A DNA stretch of 64,000 bases from Hyphomicrobium sp. (lineage in GTDB: Bacteria; Pseudomonadota; Alphaproteobacteria; Rhizobiales; Hyphomicrobiaceae). The notes beneath the pieces are model-generated. The model made no database searches. It saw nothing but the letters and a program-made list of their open reading frames with translations, and had not been told where the DNA came from. Shown in pieces: positions 48,039-58,257 of the stretch (positions are counted from its first letter, which is position 1; each line of letters begins with the position of its first letter). The position numbers and the translations under genes were made by a program. The stretch covers positions 4,732 through 68,731 of the forward strand of contig JAIEPV010000026.1 of NCBI GenBank assembly GCA_019748215.1. Direction: 5' to 3'.

Positions 48039-48317
48039 ATGACGATACCCGGCGAAGACCAACAGAAATACCTGGCAGCGAAAGCACATGTCGCGTCGCT
48101 GAAGGGATTTTACATTCATCTGACCGTTTTCATCATTGTCATGTCGGGGCTCGTCGTCGTTGACTACGCCAATGGTGCATCATGGTGGGTCCAATGGCCG
48201 CTCATTGGCTGGGGTCTCGGACTGCTCGCTCACGCTTACCGCGTTTTCGCCACCAAGCATAAATCCGGCGATGATTGGGAGGAGCGCAAGATCAAAGAGA
48301 CAATGACAAAAATGTAA
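48039..48317 (+). CDS. 2TM domain protein
   Basis: GGAGG RBS; GFYIHLTVF...WWVQWPLIGWGLGLLAH...WEERKIKE. Confidence 0.88.
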   Translation: MTIPGEDQQKYLAAKAHVASLKGFYIHLTVFIIVMSGLVVVDYANGASWWVQWPLIGWGLGLLAHAYRVFATKHKSGDDWEERKIKETMTKM

Positions 48318-48456
48318 ACGGATAAAAACTTCGAAGTTAAGTGCAAGGCATACTGCCATGCCGTCACAGCTTCTCGCGCATGACCCTGTCTGCAACGCGA
48401 TGTTGGACTGGCCGCTACCAAAGAGCGGCGAACGCGCAAGCTACGTAGGTTAGACT

Positions 48457-48870
48457 TCAGCCGTTCGGTTCGCGATGGGTCACGGTCCGCTGGATGAGCG
48501 GAAATAGCGCAAAGGCGATCTGCATTGAAAGTCCGATACCGCCCGCTGCGGTCGTGTAAGTGATCAGGTGATCCATCACAGTCTGGTTGAAGAGCATCAC
48601 CGACAAGCCGAGTTCTGCGAACATCAGCAGTGCGAATGCTACAGCGCCCATGGCAAGGCGATCGATCATTGTGTCGGCGACGGCGTAGCGAGCGATGACC
48701 CATCGGCAGGTCACCCACGAAATCGCCAGCATGATGGGAAGTTCGATCAGGACAGCGCCAAGCATGCCCAGTTGCGGTACGAGCAGCGTCACGCGCACCG
48801 CGCCGATCAAGAATCCGGCCGTGAATGCAATCAAAAAATAAGCGACGCCAGCGTTGGCGCTTCGCATCAT
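48457..48870 (-). CDS. Hypothetical 4-TM membrane protein
   Basis: 137-aa hydrophobic ORF, IELPIML and AELGL motifs. Confidence 0.8.
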   Translation of the reverse strand: MMRSANAGVAYFLIAFTAGFLIGAVRVTLLVPQLGMLGAVLIELPIMLAISWVTCRWVIARYAVADTMIDRLAMGAVAFALLMFAELGLSVMLFNQTVMDHLITYTTAAGGIGLSMQIAFALFPLIQRTVTHREPNG

Positions 48871-48896
48871 TTCGCACCCCGACTGGCCATCGCGGC

Positions 48897-49295
48897 CTAA
48901 TTTAGCGCCTTTTGAATATCGCCGATCGGCGCCTTCGTCAGCGTTTTCGCGATCTCGCGTACGAGGCGGTGTTGCACTTCCTTGTGCAAGGATGAACGGA
49001 TTTGGCCGAGTGTTTGGGGATCGGCGATCAGGACCAGCGCCTCGAAGCCGCCGCTGTGGGCTCTGCGATAAAGGTCTTTTGCAAGCTGTTTGGCAAAGGT
49101 TGCTTCATCGGTCTCCTGCTTTGACTGCTCGGGTGGGCGATGACCCGATGGGCCGTCGCTCGACAGATTGCTGGGCTTCAACTCCCCGTCTGCCGTCAAT
49201 GAAACAGCGAAGTCTCGACCAGTGTTTCGAAAAAAACGTGCTCCAGTTCCATCAGCTACAACAACGAAGGCGTTGTGAGGAATTTTGTCTGTCAT
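48897..49295 (-). CDS. Host-attachment family (bacterial eRF1-like) protein
   Basis: Start MTDKIPHNAFVVVADGTGARFFRN; EATFAKQLAKDL, LVLIADPQTLGQIR, EIAKTLTK. Confidence 0.88.
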   Translation of the reverse strand: MTDKIPHNAFVVVADGTGARFFRNTGRDFAVSLTADGELKPSNLSSDGPSGHRPPEQSKQETDEATFAKQLAKDLYRRAHSGGFEALVLIADPQTLGQIRSSLHKEVQHRLVREIAKTLTKAPIGDIQKALN

Positions 49296-49845
49296 GGCGG
49301 TTCCCTTCAACGTTGTCTGTCGATTTAGATCGCGCAAGTTACCGGCAAAAACCTTGGTCGCGCGACGCATGAATGCGGGTCATCCGGGGGAGCGGCGCCA
49401 GGCCGGGGGAGACTTGGCACCGCTGGTTACAGGGGTTCGTGCCTTGAATGGCTCAAGGCTGACGCAGCCTTCGGGGGAAAGGAGCGTCTCCCGATTGAAC
49501 CGGCCGGCAGGGAAACCGGGGGCCCGAATCAATCGAAACGCACACGAGCCGATCGGTCGAGCCTCGGAAACTACTTAAGTGCAGCGCCTCGAAGAGCTTT
49601 GGCGAAATGATCCTGTTCAATGGCGTTGCGAGCGCCGACCTCATCAACCATCAACCGCTCGACCAACCACAACCACAATCCAGTGCTCGCGGTGCGGAGC
49701 AATTTTTCGCGCATCGCTATGCAAAGACCGCTGGCCGCGCCTCGTCATCGTTAATGACCGCGGCGTCATTTCGCCCGAAGTTGCTCGATTATGACAAGGC
49801 ACGTCGTGCGCGGACGGGTTATGAAGCGGTTCACCGAGGTGGCCC

Positions 49846-50358
49846 ATGTTGGATTTTTCAAAGATAGCAGCGTTTGATCACCGCGGCCGCGTGCAGATGG
49901 TTGTCGAAAGCCCGCGCGGCTCAACCATCAAGTTCAAGTTCGACGAAAGCAGCCGGACGTTCACGGTCTCGCGCAGTTTGGCGCTCGGCGTAAGCTATCC
50001 CTTCGATTGGGGTTTTATTCCCGGCACGAGAAGCGACGATGGCGATGCTGTCGATGCGGCCTGCATCCATCAGGAAACCTGTTTTCCCGGCGTAGTGCTC
50101 CCGTGTCGCTGCCTCGCCCTGGTCGACGTCGATCAGCGCGGCGCAACGGGCCGCATCAGCAATCCGCGAGCGGTGCTGGCGCCCGCATGGGAGGGCGGCC
50201 GCGCTTTCGACGGCGACCTCGTGCTCTCCGATCGCGCCAGAGATGAAATCGGGCAGTTCTTTTTGAATGCCACGCTGTTCACCGACAAGGATGCGCGCAT
50301 CGTCGGCTGGCGTGATGCGGCCAGCGCCGAGGCGTTCATTCGCCAAAAACTGGTATAG
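49846..50358 (+). CDS. ppa: Family I inorganic pyrophosphatase
   Basis: VVESPRGSTIKFKF, YPFDWGFIPGT, DDGDAVD. Confidence 0.88.
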   Translation: MLDFSKIAAFDHRGRVQMVVESPRGSTIKFKFDESSRTFTVSRSLALGVSYPFDWGFIPGTRSDDGDAVDAACIHQETCFPGVVLPCRCLALVDVDQRGATGRISNPRAVLAPAWEGGRAFDGDLVLSDRARDEIGQFFLNATLFTDKDARIVGWRDAASAEAFIRQKLV

Positions 50359-50362
50359 TGTG

Positions 50363-50773
50363 TCAAGCTTTGCGCAGCGCTGCGATCAGCGTTTTGAGGC
50401 GCGGTTCGCGCACGCGCCGCGCCGCCGTTTCCAGATCGAACCAAGCGCGGCTGCGCTCGAGTTTCTCCGGCCAGCTTTTGCGCTCTTTCTTGACCGCAAG
50501 TCTATAGACGGAAACTTCGATCAGGCGCGAGCTGTCGTTTTCGAGTTTGCGGTAACGATATGAGCCGATCGGCGCCGCGGCAATCTTGCCGGTGACGCCT
50601 GCTTCCTGCCTGGCCTCGCGCAAGGCCGCCGAGGCGTCGGTCATGCGTTTCGACGGCCAGCCCTTCGGGATGACCCAGCGGCCGGTATCGCGTGACGTGA
50701 CGAGAAGAATTTCGACCTCGCCGTTGGAGGCTTTTCGCACGGGTAGTGCGCCAACCTGTTTCAACATTGTCAT
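50363..50773 (-). CDS. NUDIX hydrolase (start approximate)
   Basis: QVGALP, ILLVTSRDTGRWVIPKGW, AALREARQEAGV Nudix box. Confidence 0.9.
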   Translation of the reverse strand: MTMLKQVGALPVRKASNGEVEILLVTSRDTGRWVIPKGWPSKRMTDASAALREARQEAGVTGKIAAAPIGSYRYRKLENDSSRLIEVSVYRLAVKKERKSWPEKLERSRAWFDLETAARRVREPRLKTLIAALRKA

Positions 50774-51181
50774 GCATTGATCATGCACCATTCGCGGGAC
50801 GACGCGAGATGGCTTTTGCGCGTTATCAACGGCGAGACTCTTCACCTGGTGCCGCTGTGGACCGTTGGGCGGCAGACGGCACGAAAGAGCGGCAATCAAG
50901 GTTTTCAAACGTCCCACCGCTCGCAGGAAGTCGTCTGTTGCTGCATCGCGCGTCATGCCAGTGACAGTTTCGCGACGACGGCGGCCTTGGCCGCCGCGCC
51001 GACCACACGCCATGCGTTTTGGCTTTCGTAGTTATGCTCTCTCCGGCGGTGACAACCCGCATGAAATGATTTGCCGTGGCACTTGCAAAAAAACAAACCA
51101 CACGCCGGGACCTGACGTCGCTCAGCCCGAAAGCGTCAATGACCAACTCAAAAACAAGATTGTTATGGGAGAGAGAAGACA

Positions 51182-53404
51182 ATGAAAGCGAAAAGTTATC
51201 TCGTGAGCGCTGTCACGATAGCGGCCGTCGTAGCCGGTAGCGTTACGATGTCGTGGGCGGGCGGTGCGCCAAGACCCAATCAATTCTGGTGGCCGGAGAA
51301 ACTGGATTTATCACCGCTACGGCGAAATTCCGCCAAATCAAATCCATTGGGGAAGACTTTCGACTACGCGAAAGAGTTTCAAACCCTTGACCTCAATGCC
51401 GTCAAAAACGATCTCAAAGCCGTTCTTACGACCTCACAGGATTGGTGGCCTGCGGACTACGGAAATTATGGGCCGCTGTTTATCCGCATGGCGTGGCACG
51501 GCGCGGGCACCTATCGCACATACGACGGCCGTGGTGGCGCCGATGGCGCGCAGCAGCGCTTCGAACCTCTGAATAGCTGGCCAGACAACGTCAACCTGGA
51601 TAAGGCGCGCCGACTACTTTGGCCGGTGAAGAAAAAATACGGCGAAAAAATTTCGTGGGGCGACCTCATGGTGCTCGCCGGAAACGTCGCGCTCGACTCC
51701 ATGGGCTTCAAAACATTCGGCTTCGGCGGCGGCCGAACGGACGAGTGGGAATCCGATTTAGTGTACTGGGGAGCCGGCAATAAATTTTTGGCGAGCAATC
51801 GCGATAGCAAAGGTGCGCTTGCCAAGCCTTTAGGTGCGACCCAACTGGGTCTCATCTACGTCAATCCTCAAGGGCCGAACGGCAATCCAGATCCGCTCGC
51901 GGCGGCCAAGGACATTCGCGAAGCCTTTGGCCGGATGGCGATGAACGATGAGGAAACGATCGCATTGATCGCAGGCGGGCATACCTTTGGTAAGGCGCAT
52001 GGCGCTGCGTCACCTGACAAGTGCGTCGGGGCGGCTCCGGCGGCAGAAGCCATCCAGCGTCAAGGCATCGGCTGGGTCAACAAATGCGGCACAGGAAAAG
52101 GCGGCGACACCGTTACGAGCGGTCTCGAAGGCGCATGGACGACCGACCCTATCTCATTCACCACTCAGTATTTCGACAACCTGTTCGCATTCGATTGGGT
52201 CAAAACGAAAAGTCCGGCTGGAGCCGTTCAGTGGAAACCGAAAAATGCAGACGACGTGGTGCCCGATGCGCATGATCCAAACAAGCGCCATCCTCTGATG
52301 ATGTTCACGACCGATCTCGCGCTCAAATTCGATCCGTCCTACAGTAAAATCTCGAAGCGCTTTCACGATAATCCGGAAGAGTTCAAGCTTGCTTTCGCAA
52401 AAGCTTGGTTCAAGCTCACGCATAGAGATATGGGACCGCGTGCGCGATATTTGGGGACAGATGTCCCGAAAGAGGATTTGATTTGGCAAGACCCAATCCC
52501 AACCGCCGACTATAAATCGATTGATGAAGCCGACGCTGGTGATCTTAAAACAAAAATCATCAGTTCGGGAATTCCTCAATCCGAGTTCGTAAAGACGGCT
52601 TGGGCTGCCGCCGCGTCGTTCCGCAATACGGACAAAAGGGGTGGAGCCAATGGTGCCCGCATCCGCCTCGAACCTGCGAAGTCGTGGGCGGTCAACGATC
52701 CCGCAACGCTTACCACTGTCCTGAAAACTTTGACGACGATCCAAGATGACTTCAACACTCAGCGTACGGATGGCAAAAAAGTTTCGCTGGCTGATCTCAT
52801 CGTGCTCGCCGGCAATGCGTCTGTCGAAGCGGCGGCGAAGAAGGGCGGCGTTGATGTAAAAATTCCGTTCTCGCCAGGCCGGACGGATGCCGCACAGGAA
52901 CAAACGGATGTCGACTCGTTCGCCGTCCTGGAACCGACAGCAGACGGCTTCCGCAATTATTTCGGCAAAGACAATGACAGATCGCCGGCCGACCTGCTCG
53001 TTGATCGCGCAAGTCTGCTCGCGCTCACGATCCCTGAAATGACAGCGCTGGTCGGTGGCATGCGGGCATTGGACGCCAATCAGGGGCACACGCCATTGGG
53101 CGTGTTAACGACGCAACCAGGAACTTTGAGCAACGACTTCTTTGTCAATCTGCTCGACATGTCCACCGAATGGAAAAAGGCGTCTGGTGCCGACGGGGTC
53201 TATGAGGGGCATGACCGTAAAACCGGGACAGTTAAATGGACCGCGACGCCTGTCGATTTGATTTTCGGGTCGAGTTCGGAGTTGCGTGCCGTCGCTGAAG
53301 TTTACGCGGCTGACGACGCCAAGGAAAAGTTTGTACGCGACTTCGTCGACGCGTGGACAAAAGTCATGACCCTCGACCGGTTCGACGCCCAGCGCCGTAT
53401 TTGA
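51182..53404 (+). CDS. katG: Catalase-peroxidase with N-terminal signal peptide
   Basis: [35 protein letters not shown]; hydrophobic leader ending SWA-GG. Confidence 0.97.
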   Translation: MKAKSYLVSAVTIAAVVAGSVTMSWAGGAPRPNQFWWPEKLDLSPLRRNSAKSNPLGKTFDYAKEFQTLDLNAVKNDLKAVLTTSQDWWPADYGNYGPLFIRMAWHGAGTYRTYDGRGGADGAQQRFEPLNSWPDNVNLDKARRLLWPVKKKYGEKISWGDLMVLAGNVALDSMGFKTFGFGGGRTDEWESDLVYWGAGNKFLASNRDSKGALAKPLGATQLGLIYVNPQGPNGNPDPLAAAKDIREAFGRMAMNDEETIALIAGGHTFGKAHGAASPDKCVGAAPAAEAIQRQGIGWVNKCGTGKGGDTVTSGLEGAWTTDPISFTTQYFDNLFAFDWVKTKSPAGAVQWKPKNADDVVPDAHDPNKRHPLMMFTTDLALKFDPSYSKISKRFHDNPEEFKLAFAKAWFKLTHRDMGPRARYLGTDVPKEDLIWQDPIPTADYKSIDEADAGDLKTKIISSGIPQSEFVKTAWAAAASFRNTDKRGGANGARIRLEPAKSWAVNDPATLTTVLKTLTTIQDDFNTQRTDGKKVSLADLIVLAGNASVEAAAKKGGVDVKIPFSPGRTDAAQEQTDVDSFAVLEPTADGFRNYFGKDNDRSPADLLVDRASLLALTIPEMTALVGGMRALDANQGHTPLGVLTTQPGTLSNDFFVNLLDMSTEWKKASGADGVYEGHDRKTGTVKWTATPVDLIFGSSSELRAVAEVYAADDAKEKFVRDFVDAWTKVMTLDRFDAQRRI

Positions 53405-53415
53405 ACATGACTGTT

Positions 53416-53446
53416 GGCTGGCCGGGAGATTGTCACCCGGCCAGCC
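53416..53446. terminator. Hairpin between convergent katG and TPR gene
   Basis: GGCTGGCCGGG-agattgtca-CCCGGCCAGCC perfect 11-bp stem. Confidence 0.7.
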
Positions 53447-53515
53447 GCTATCCGTCAAATCGGCATGGATCGTCTATCCGTTCTCTGGTCTCACGTTCGG
53501 ACCAACACCTGCCGG

Positions 53516-54448
53516 CTAGTTCGAATTGACGCCAAGTTCGCTCGCCGCAGACGTCAGACGAGCCTTCGCAGCCGCATCACTGCTAAACGTTTCGAGCGCT
53601 TTGGCCAGCGCGGCTTTGGCCGCATCCTTTTCGCCAAGTGTCATGCGCGAACGCATCAAGCGCAGCCAGCCATCCTCGTCATTTGGAGACGTTTCGAGCC
53701 GCGTTGCCAGCTTGTCGACCATCCCACGGATCATGCTGTCGCGCTGCGTCTCAGATAGATCCGCCGCAGCTTTGATGTCTTGCGCCGTGGGCTGCGGCGC
53801 TGGATCGGACGATGCCGCGCGGCTTGCCAACGTTTGTGCTGACCTTGCTTGCTCAAGACCTTTTTGAATCTCGACGTCAGCCGGCTTGAGCTTGAGGGCC
53901 GTCTCATAAGCTTTCACGGCGTCCGTAGGATTGCCCGTATTGAGATAAGACCAGCCGAGCGTTTTCCAGCCGTTCACGTCGTCCGGCTGCTTTTCAAGCC
54001 GTGCAATGAGCTTTTCGAGCATCGACGCGACGTCTGGCAATGCCGTGGTATTTGCAGCCGGCGGCGTCGCGGCCTGCGGCGGTGATGGCTTGTCGCCGAT
54101 GTTGTCCGCATAAGCGCGCAGTGCGGCTAACGCTTGAGGATCACTGGTGCTCGCGTCCGCGGGCGTTGCGTTGACCGCGTTGGCGGGCGCGTTTGCGACC
54201 GCGCTCAAGGCCGATGGTCCGGCTGCGAGACTGGGGTCATTCGCCGGAAGCTCTGAAAAACTGAAAGCGGCGATCGCAGCGAGTCCGGCCACAACCACGG
54301 TCGACGTGCGAAGCCGCGTCGCAGCCCACTGCTGGGCGAGGGCCACGGCCGGCTGGCGGCCTTGCACCTTCGTTCGCAACAACAACAGAATGATTGCCAT
54401 CAATGTTGCGGCCGTGCCGATGGCGATCAGCGCGTAGATTTGTGTCAT
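53516..54448 (-). CDS. CcmI/CycH-like TPR protein (cytochrome c maturation accessory)
   Basis: Two TM segments, then LIARLEKQPDDVNGWKTLGWSY TPR and MIRGMVDKLATRLETSPNDEDGWLRLMRS; likely ATG 54448. Confidence 0.8.
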   Translation of the reverse strand: MTQIYALIAIGTAATLMAIILLLLRTKVQGRQPAVALAQQWAATRLRTSTVVVAGLAAIAAFSFSELPANDPSLAAGPSALSAVANAPANAVNATPADASTSDPQALAALRAYADNIGDKPSPPQAATPPAANTTALPDVASMLEKLIARLEKQPDDVNGWKTLGWSYLNTGNPTDAVKAYETALKLKPADVEIQKGLEQARSAQTLASRAASSDPAPQPTAQDIKAAADLSETQRDSMIRGMVDKLATRLETSPNDEDGWLRLMRSRMTLGEKDAAKAALAKALETFSSDAAAKARLTSAASELGVNSN

Positions 54449-54589
54449 ATCCACTCCTTGCAATCCGTTTTCCCAGAGCATTTTCCGACGAAGTGGAAGC
54501 CGGTTCGTCGTCAGAACATGTGACAAAGTAGAGGGCTGGAGCGCCGATCAAATTCCATCAGATCGAAATCGCTCCAGCGGCGCAACCGA

Positions 54590-57277
54590 CTATTGGGTTG
54601 GCACTTTTGTCGTCATGATCGGCGTGATCGCGTCATTCACATGATATTTGTGGCACAGCAAACAGTCTTGGCGGGCCTTGGTGCTGCTGTGACAGGTTTG
54701 GCAGAGATCCTTTTTCACCGCACCGAAATTGGCGGCGAAGCTTTGCGGATTGCCCTGCTCATAGCTCTTGAGGTAGGCGCGGTCTTTTTCGAGAGTGTGG
54801 CAGGTTAGGCATCCGAGATCGTCCATCGTGCCGAAATGCGGCTCATGGACAAAACTCGTGAAGCGGCCTTGTTTGCTTTCGATCGATAGTGGGGCGAAAT
54901 TGACGAGCCGGCCTTTGCTTTTGATGTCATCGACGCTGTGGCACTTCGTGCACGACCCTTGGGCGTCTTTGTTCGTGAGATAGTCAAAGACAGCGCCTGC
55001 AGGACTAGCCTCGGCCTTCAGCGCTTGGGGCCCCGTGAGAAAAAGCCAAGAATAAATGAATTTGTCCTTGTGACCTGCTGGACGATAGAACATCGCAAAG
55101 TCTTGCCGATACCAGCCGCCATAGTCAGCCCAGCTCTCCGCGTCCACGGTGCTTTCGATGCTGATCACGGGCGAGGCGGCCGTTTGCGATCGAGCGGTTG
55201 GAACACCAGCGGACGCCTCAGCATCTATCGTGGCACCAGCCTCGGGCGGAGCATTCGACGTGCCGGCCTTTCCAGTCACTCCTGGCGGTCCGGCGGCAGC
55301 CCCACCGCCCGCATTCAGCGCTTTCATCTCGCGAAGCTCTTCTTCGGTGGGATAGAGCAGATCGTCCGATTGGCCCGCTGATTTACTGGCAGGTTGGTTT
55401 TCGGCGACCACCATCCTCCGGCCGCTGTCGGTCGCGCCGTGCGCAGCTTTGGCATTAGCGCGTGTGACGTCCGCGTCTGCCGCTTGCATAACGTCCCTCA
55501 GACCTGCCCTCATCGCGGGCGGCATCTTGTCGGCGGAAGACGTTTCGTTGCTGTTGGCGGCCTTCGATTTCGCGGCATCGGTTTTTCCTGCCGCTCCTTT
55601 CGGCTGCGCGGTTCCGCCTTCAGATCCATTGGATACTAGACACTGACCCAAAACACGGACGACGCAGGCGGGCGGATCGAACTTAACGGGCTTTTTCGCC
55701 TCATTGGCCGCGGTGTCGTCAGCAGGGTCTGGTTCGTTAGAACTCGATGTGTCAGTGGAGGCCGTTTGATCGCCACCGTCCGTGCCACTGTCTGGACTGC
55801 TGTCACTGCTGCTGTCGGACGCAGCCGTCGCCGTATCACTCCATTCGCCTCCAGCTGCAGGCGCCGTGTCCGCGCCGCCACCCACGTCTGGGGTCACACT
55901 TGCGGCTGCCTGAACAGGATCCGATTCAGCGGACGGGGCGGGAGACGCAGAAACGGCGATCGGCGATCCCTTCGTCACTGTGCTCCAGCCGTCACGATCT
56001 TGTTCGCTCGTGACCTGTCGACTAGCCATTTCGGTCGCGAGGTTTGGCAACCACTGCTGTTGCGCGCTGATGATCACATCTCTCGGAATACTTGCCGTTA
56101 GATCCGCGACCAACGCCGGACTAAGCTTGGCGCCGCTGCCGATATTGAGATCACCAAGCGCGTCCGATGCTTTGTCAGAGATCAGCTTATAAAAGAGTGA
56201 TTTAATCTCCCACGCGAGATCGGTCACCGCTTCGATCTGTTCATCGCTTGCAGTGCTCAAATCCTGAAGGTTGAGGCTGTCGACGGTTTGCAGCAAAGCA
56301 CGCGCCCGGGCATTCCGGCTGATCATCACCTTCATGAAGGGTGTTAGTGCGGCCTCGGAAGCATCAGGCCATTCGCCGATCGCGGCATTCTTTTTCTTGA
56401 GTGACTCGAGATCGAGCCCAGGCAGACTGAGGAAAGCAATGCCTTTCGGGCCGCTTACGCGTTCCTTGCCGGTGATCTGATCGAGATGGCAAGTGGAGCA
56501 GGTCTTATCGAACGACTCGACCGCCATGACAAGCTTGTCTTCACGGCTGTTGTGGCACGTCGAGCACGTTTCGGGGATGCGCTTGGCAGCATCTTTTTTT
56601 GCCACCTCGGGGAAGTGTTTGCCGAAGTGGCCCGCGTGGTCATAGACAATGCGTGTCCGCCTTTTGAACGGATAATTATCGAACGTCGGATGATTGCCGT
56701 CGAAGCTATTGAACTTCACCACGTGGCACGATCGGCATTGTTCGTCGGAGATTTTATTGAGATTGAAATTGACGCCCTGATGCTCCTGGTGACACGTCGC
56801 ACATGTTACACCGCCCGCAACTAAGTCCATGGTCGGGAAAGCGAAGCTCTGAGCGCGGGCTGATTGCGGTTGAGGGGTAGCTACGGCAATTTTCGTCAAC
56901 CGCTCGGTGCTCTGTTGAAGGACATCGCTGGGTGCGCTGTGTGCGTTGAATGCTGTCTCAGGCATCTTGTGACAGGTGAGACAGGCTTTGCTGTCGGCGT
57001 GGGAATCGGCAACAACCAAGCCGCGCACCCAGCTCAATTGACCGCTTCCACTCTTCGTGTGGCAGGTGCTGCATTTCTCGATCGTGCCGTGTGCACTGGC
57101 GAGCGGGCCCGGCATCAGAAACGACGTACCTTTCGAGAATACGAAGAGCGTGGCGAGGCCGACGATAGTGACCAGCGCCAGCACAATCGCGAAACGATCG
57201 CGCGCCGACGAAGGTCGTGCCCACGTTTCTGACTGGGCGAGCCCAACCGATCTGAGCCATTCGGGCGACCGCATCAC
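54590..57277 (-). CDS. Membrane-anchored decaheme cytochrome c
   Basis: Ten CxxCH motifs counted (CSTCH, CLTCH, CATCH, CRSCH, CSTCH, CSTCH, then CTKCH, CLTCH, CQTCH, CLLCH); N-terminal TM. Confidence 0.93.
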   Translation of the reverse strand: MMRSPEWLRSVGLAQSETWARPSSARDRFAIVLALVTIVGLATLFVFSKGTSFLMPGPLASAHGTIEKCSTCHTKSGSGQLSWVRGLVVADSHADSKACLTCHKMPETAFNAHSAPSDVLQQSTERLTKIAVATPQPQSARAQSFAFPTMDLVAGGVTCATCHQEHQGVNFNLNKISDEQCRSCHVVKFNSFDGNHPTFDNYPFKRRTRIVYDHAGHFGKHFPEVAKKDAAKRIPETCSTCHNSREDKLVMAVESFDKTCSTCHLDQITGKERVSGPKGIAFLSLPGLDLESLKKKNAAIGEWPDASEAALTPFMKVMISRNARARALLQTVDSLNLQDLSTASDEQIEAVTDLAWEIKSLFYKLISDKASDALGDLNIGSGAKLSPALVADLTASIPRDVIISAQQQWLPNLATEMASRQVTSEQDRDGWSTVTKGSPIAVSASPAPSAESDPVQAAASVTPDVGGGADTAPAAGGEWSDTATAASDSSSDSSPDSGTDGGDQTASTDTSSSNEPDPADDTAANEAKKPVKFDPPACVVRVLGQCLVSNGSEGGTAQPKGAAGKTDAAKSKAANSNETSSADKMPPAMRAGLRDVMQAADADVTRANAKAAHGATDSGRRMVVAENQPASKSAGQSDDLLYPTEEELREMKALNAGGGAAAGPPGVTGKAGTSNAPPEAGATIDAEASAGVPTARSQTAASPVISIESTVDAESWADYGGWYRQDFAMFYRPAGHKDKFIYSWLFLTGPQALKAEASPAGAVFDYLTNKDAQGSCTKCHSVDDIKSKGRLVNFAPLSIESKQGRFTSFVHEPHFGTMDDLGCLTCHTLEKDRAYLKSYEQGNPQSFAANFGAVKKDLCQTCHSSTKARQDCLLCHKYHVNDAITPIMTTKVPTQ

Positions 57278-58197
57278 CAGTCCCCTGACGAAAAAGCATA
57301 GACGACGAAAATGTGCAGAACTGCCATCACGATCAGCGCATAGGTGACGGGCACATGCACGAACATCCAGCCCTTGGTGAGCCCGAGATAGACACGCGCA
57401 AAATCGAGCCGATCCTTCTCCACCACCAGCGTTTTGACGGCGTTGAGCTTCTCTTGGCCTTGCCGATCAATATAAGGCGACAGTTTGTCGATCTCGTCGG
57501 TCAGCCGCTTGAGTGGCCGCTGCGAGCCGATGAGATGGGCGGTGATATTTTGCTGGCCCTGAAAAAAGTCACGCAGGTGATTGGTATAGAGGTCCATGAT
57601 CCAAGCGTCATAGGGCTGCGCTGGCAAGCCAAACGCCGCAGCGACCGGATCGGTCGTGACCACAACGGCGTGAACATCTTGCGCAAGTTCGGCGCGCCGG
57701 GTGGCGATGCGGTCGTAGCCGATGCGCTCGTCGATACCGCGCTTCGCTTTAAGCGACCATGCGAGATATGTGCCGAAAACGCCGGTCAGCGTCACCAGCA
57801 CGAAGCACGCCCACAACACCCACTCGAAGTTGGTGTCCGGCAGAGAGAAATTGGAATGCGAGATGAACGCCGCGATCAGCAGATAGCCGAGAAAAATATG
57901 GAAGTTGCGCCAGCGCGTGGCGGATTTCGGCGACAGCATCGCCGTTTTAAGTGCGATGTGAAAGCCAAGCTGCAAACTCATGCCGCCGGCCAGCACCCAG
58001 CCATCGAAATAACGCGGGTCGCGGAGCCCGTTGCCGTAAATCCAGACAAGCCAGAGCAGGCCGCCGGACAGGGCCGCAATCGACATACCCTGAACAATGG
58101 GGCCACTCAAAAGTCCCGCCGAGCCGAGACCGCGCAAGCCGATCGAACGCTCAGCCACGCGCCGTCCCGCCGATCTGTCGCTGCTTGCCAAAGTCAC
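57274..58197 (-). CDS. Integral membrane protein with intramembrane His residues (cytochrome b/ferric reductase-like)
   Basis: About 5 TM segments containing GFHIAL, NFHIFLG, ISHS, FVHVP, VLHIF; ATGA-coupled to the decaheme gene. Confidence 0.7.
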   Translation of the reverse strand: MTLASSDRSAGRRVAERSIGLRGLGSAGLLSGPIVQGMSIAALSGGLLWLVWIYGNGLRDPRYFDGWVLAGGMSLQLGFHIALKTAMLSPKSATRWRNFHIFLGYLLIAAFISHSNFSLPDTNFEWVLWACFVLVTLTGVFGTYLAWSLKAKRGIDERIGYDRIATRRAELAQDVHAVVVTTDPVAAAFGLPAQPYDAWIMDLYTNHLRDFFQGQQNITAHLIGSQRPLKRLTDEIDKLSPYIDRQGQEKLNAVKTLVVEKDRLDFARVYLGLTKGWMFVHVPVTYALIVMAVLHIFVVYAFSSGDW

Positions 58198-58257
58198 CCC
58201 ATCGCAGTTTCCCCATCGCGCCCACCCAGGTTGCGCCCGCCACCAGTTGGTCTGAAC

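Noticed and set aside
46490-49600. EcfG-type (GGAAC-N16/17-CGTT) general stress promoters
   Set aside because: GGAAC at 46623 lacks the matching -10 element; no complete match found upstream of dps, the 2TM gene or the host-attachment gene
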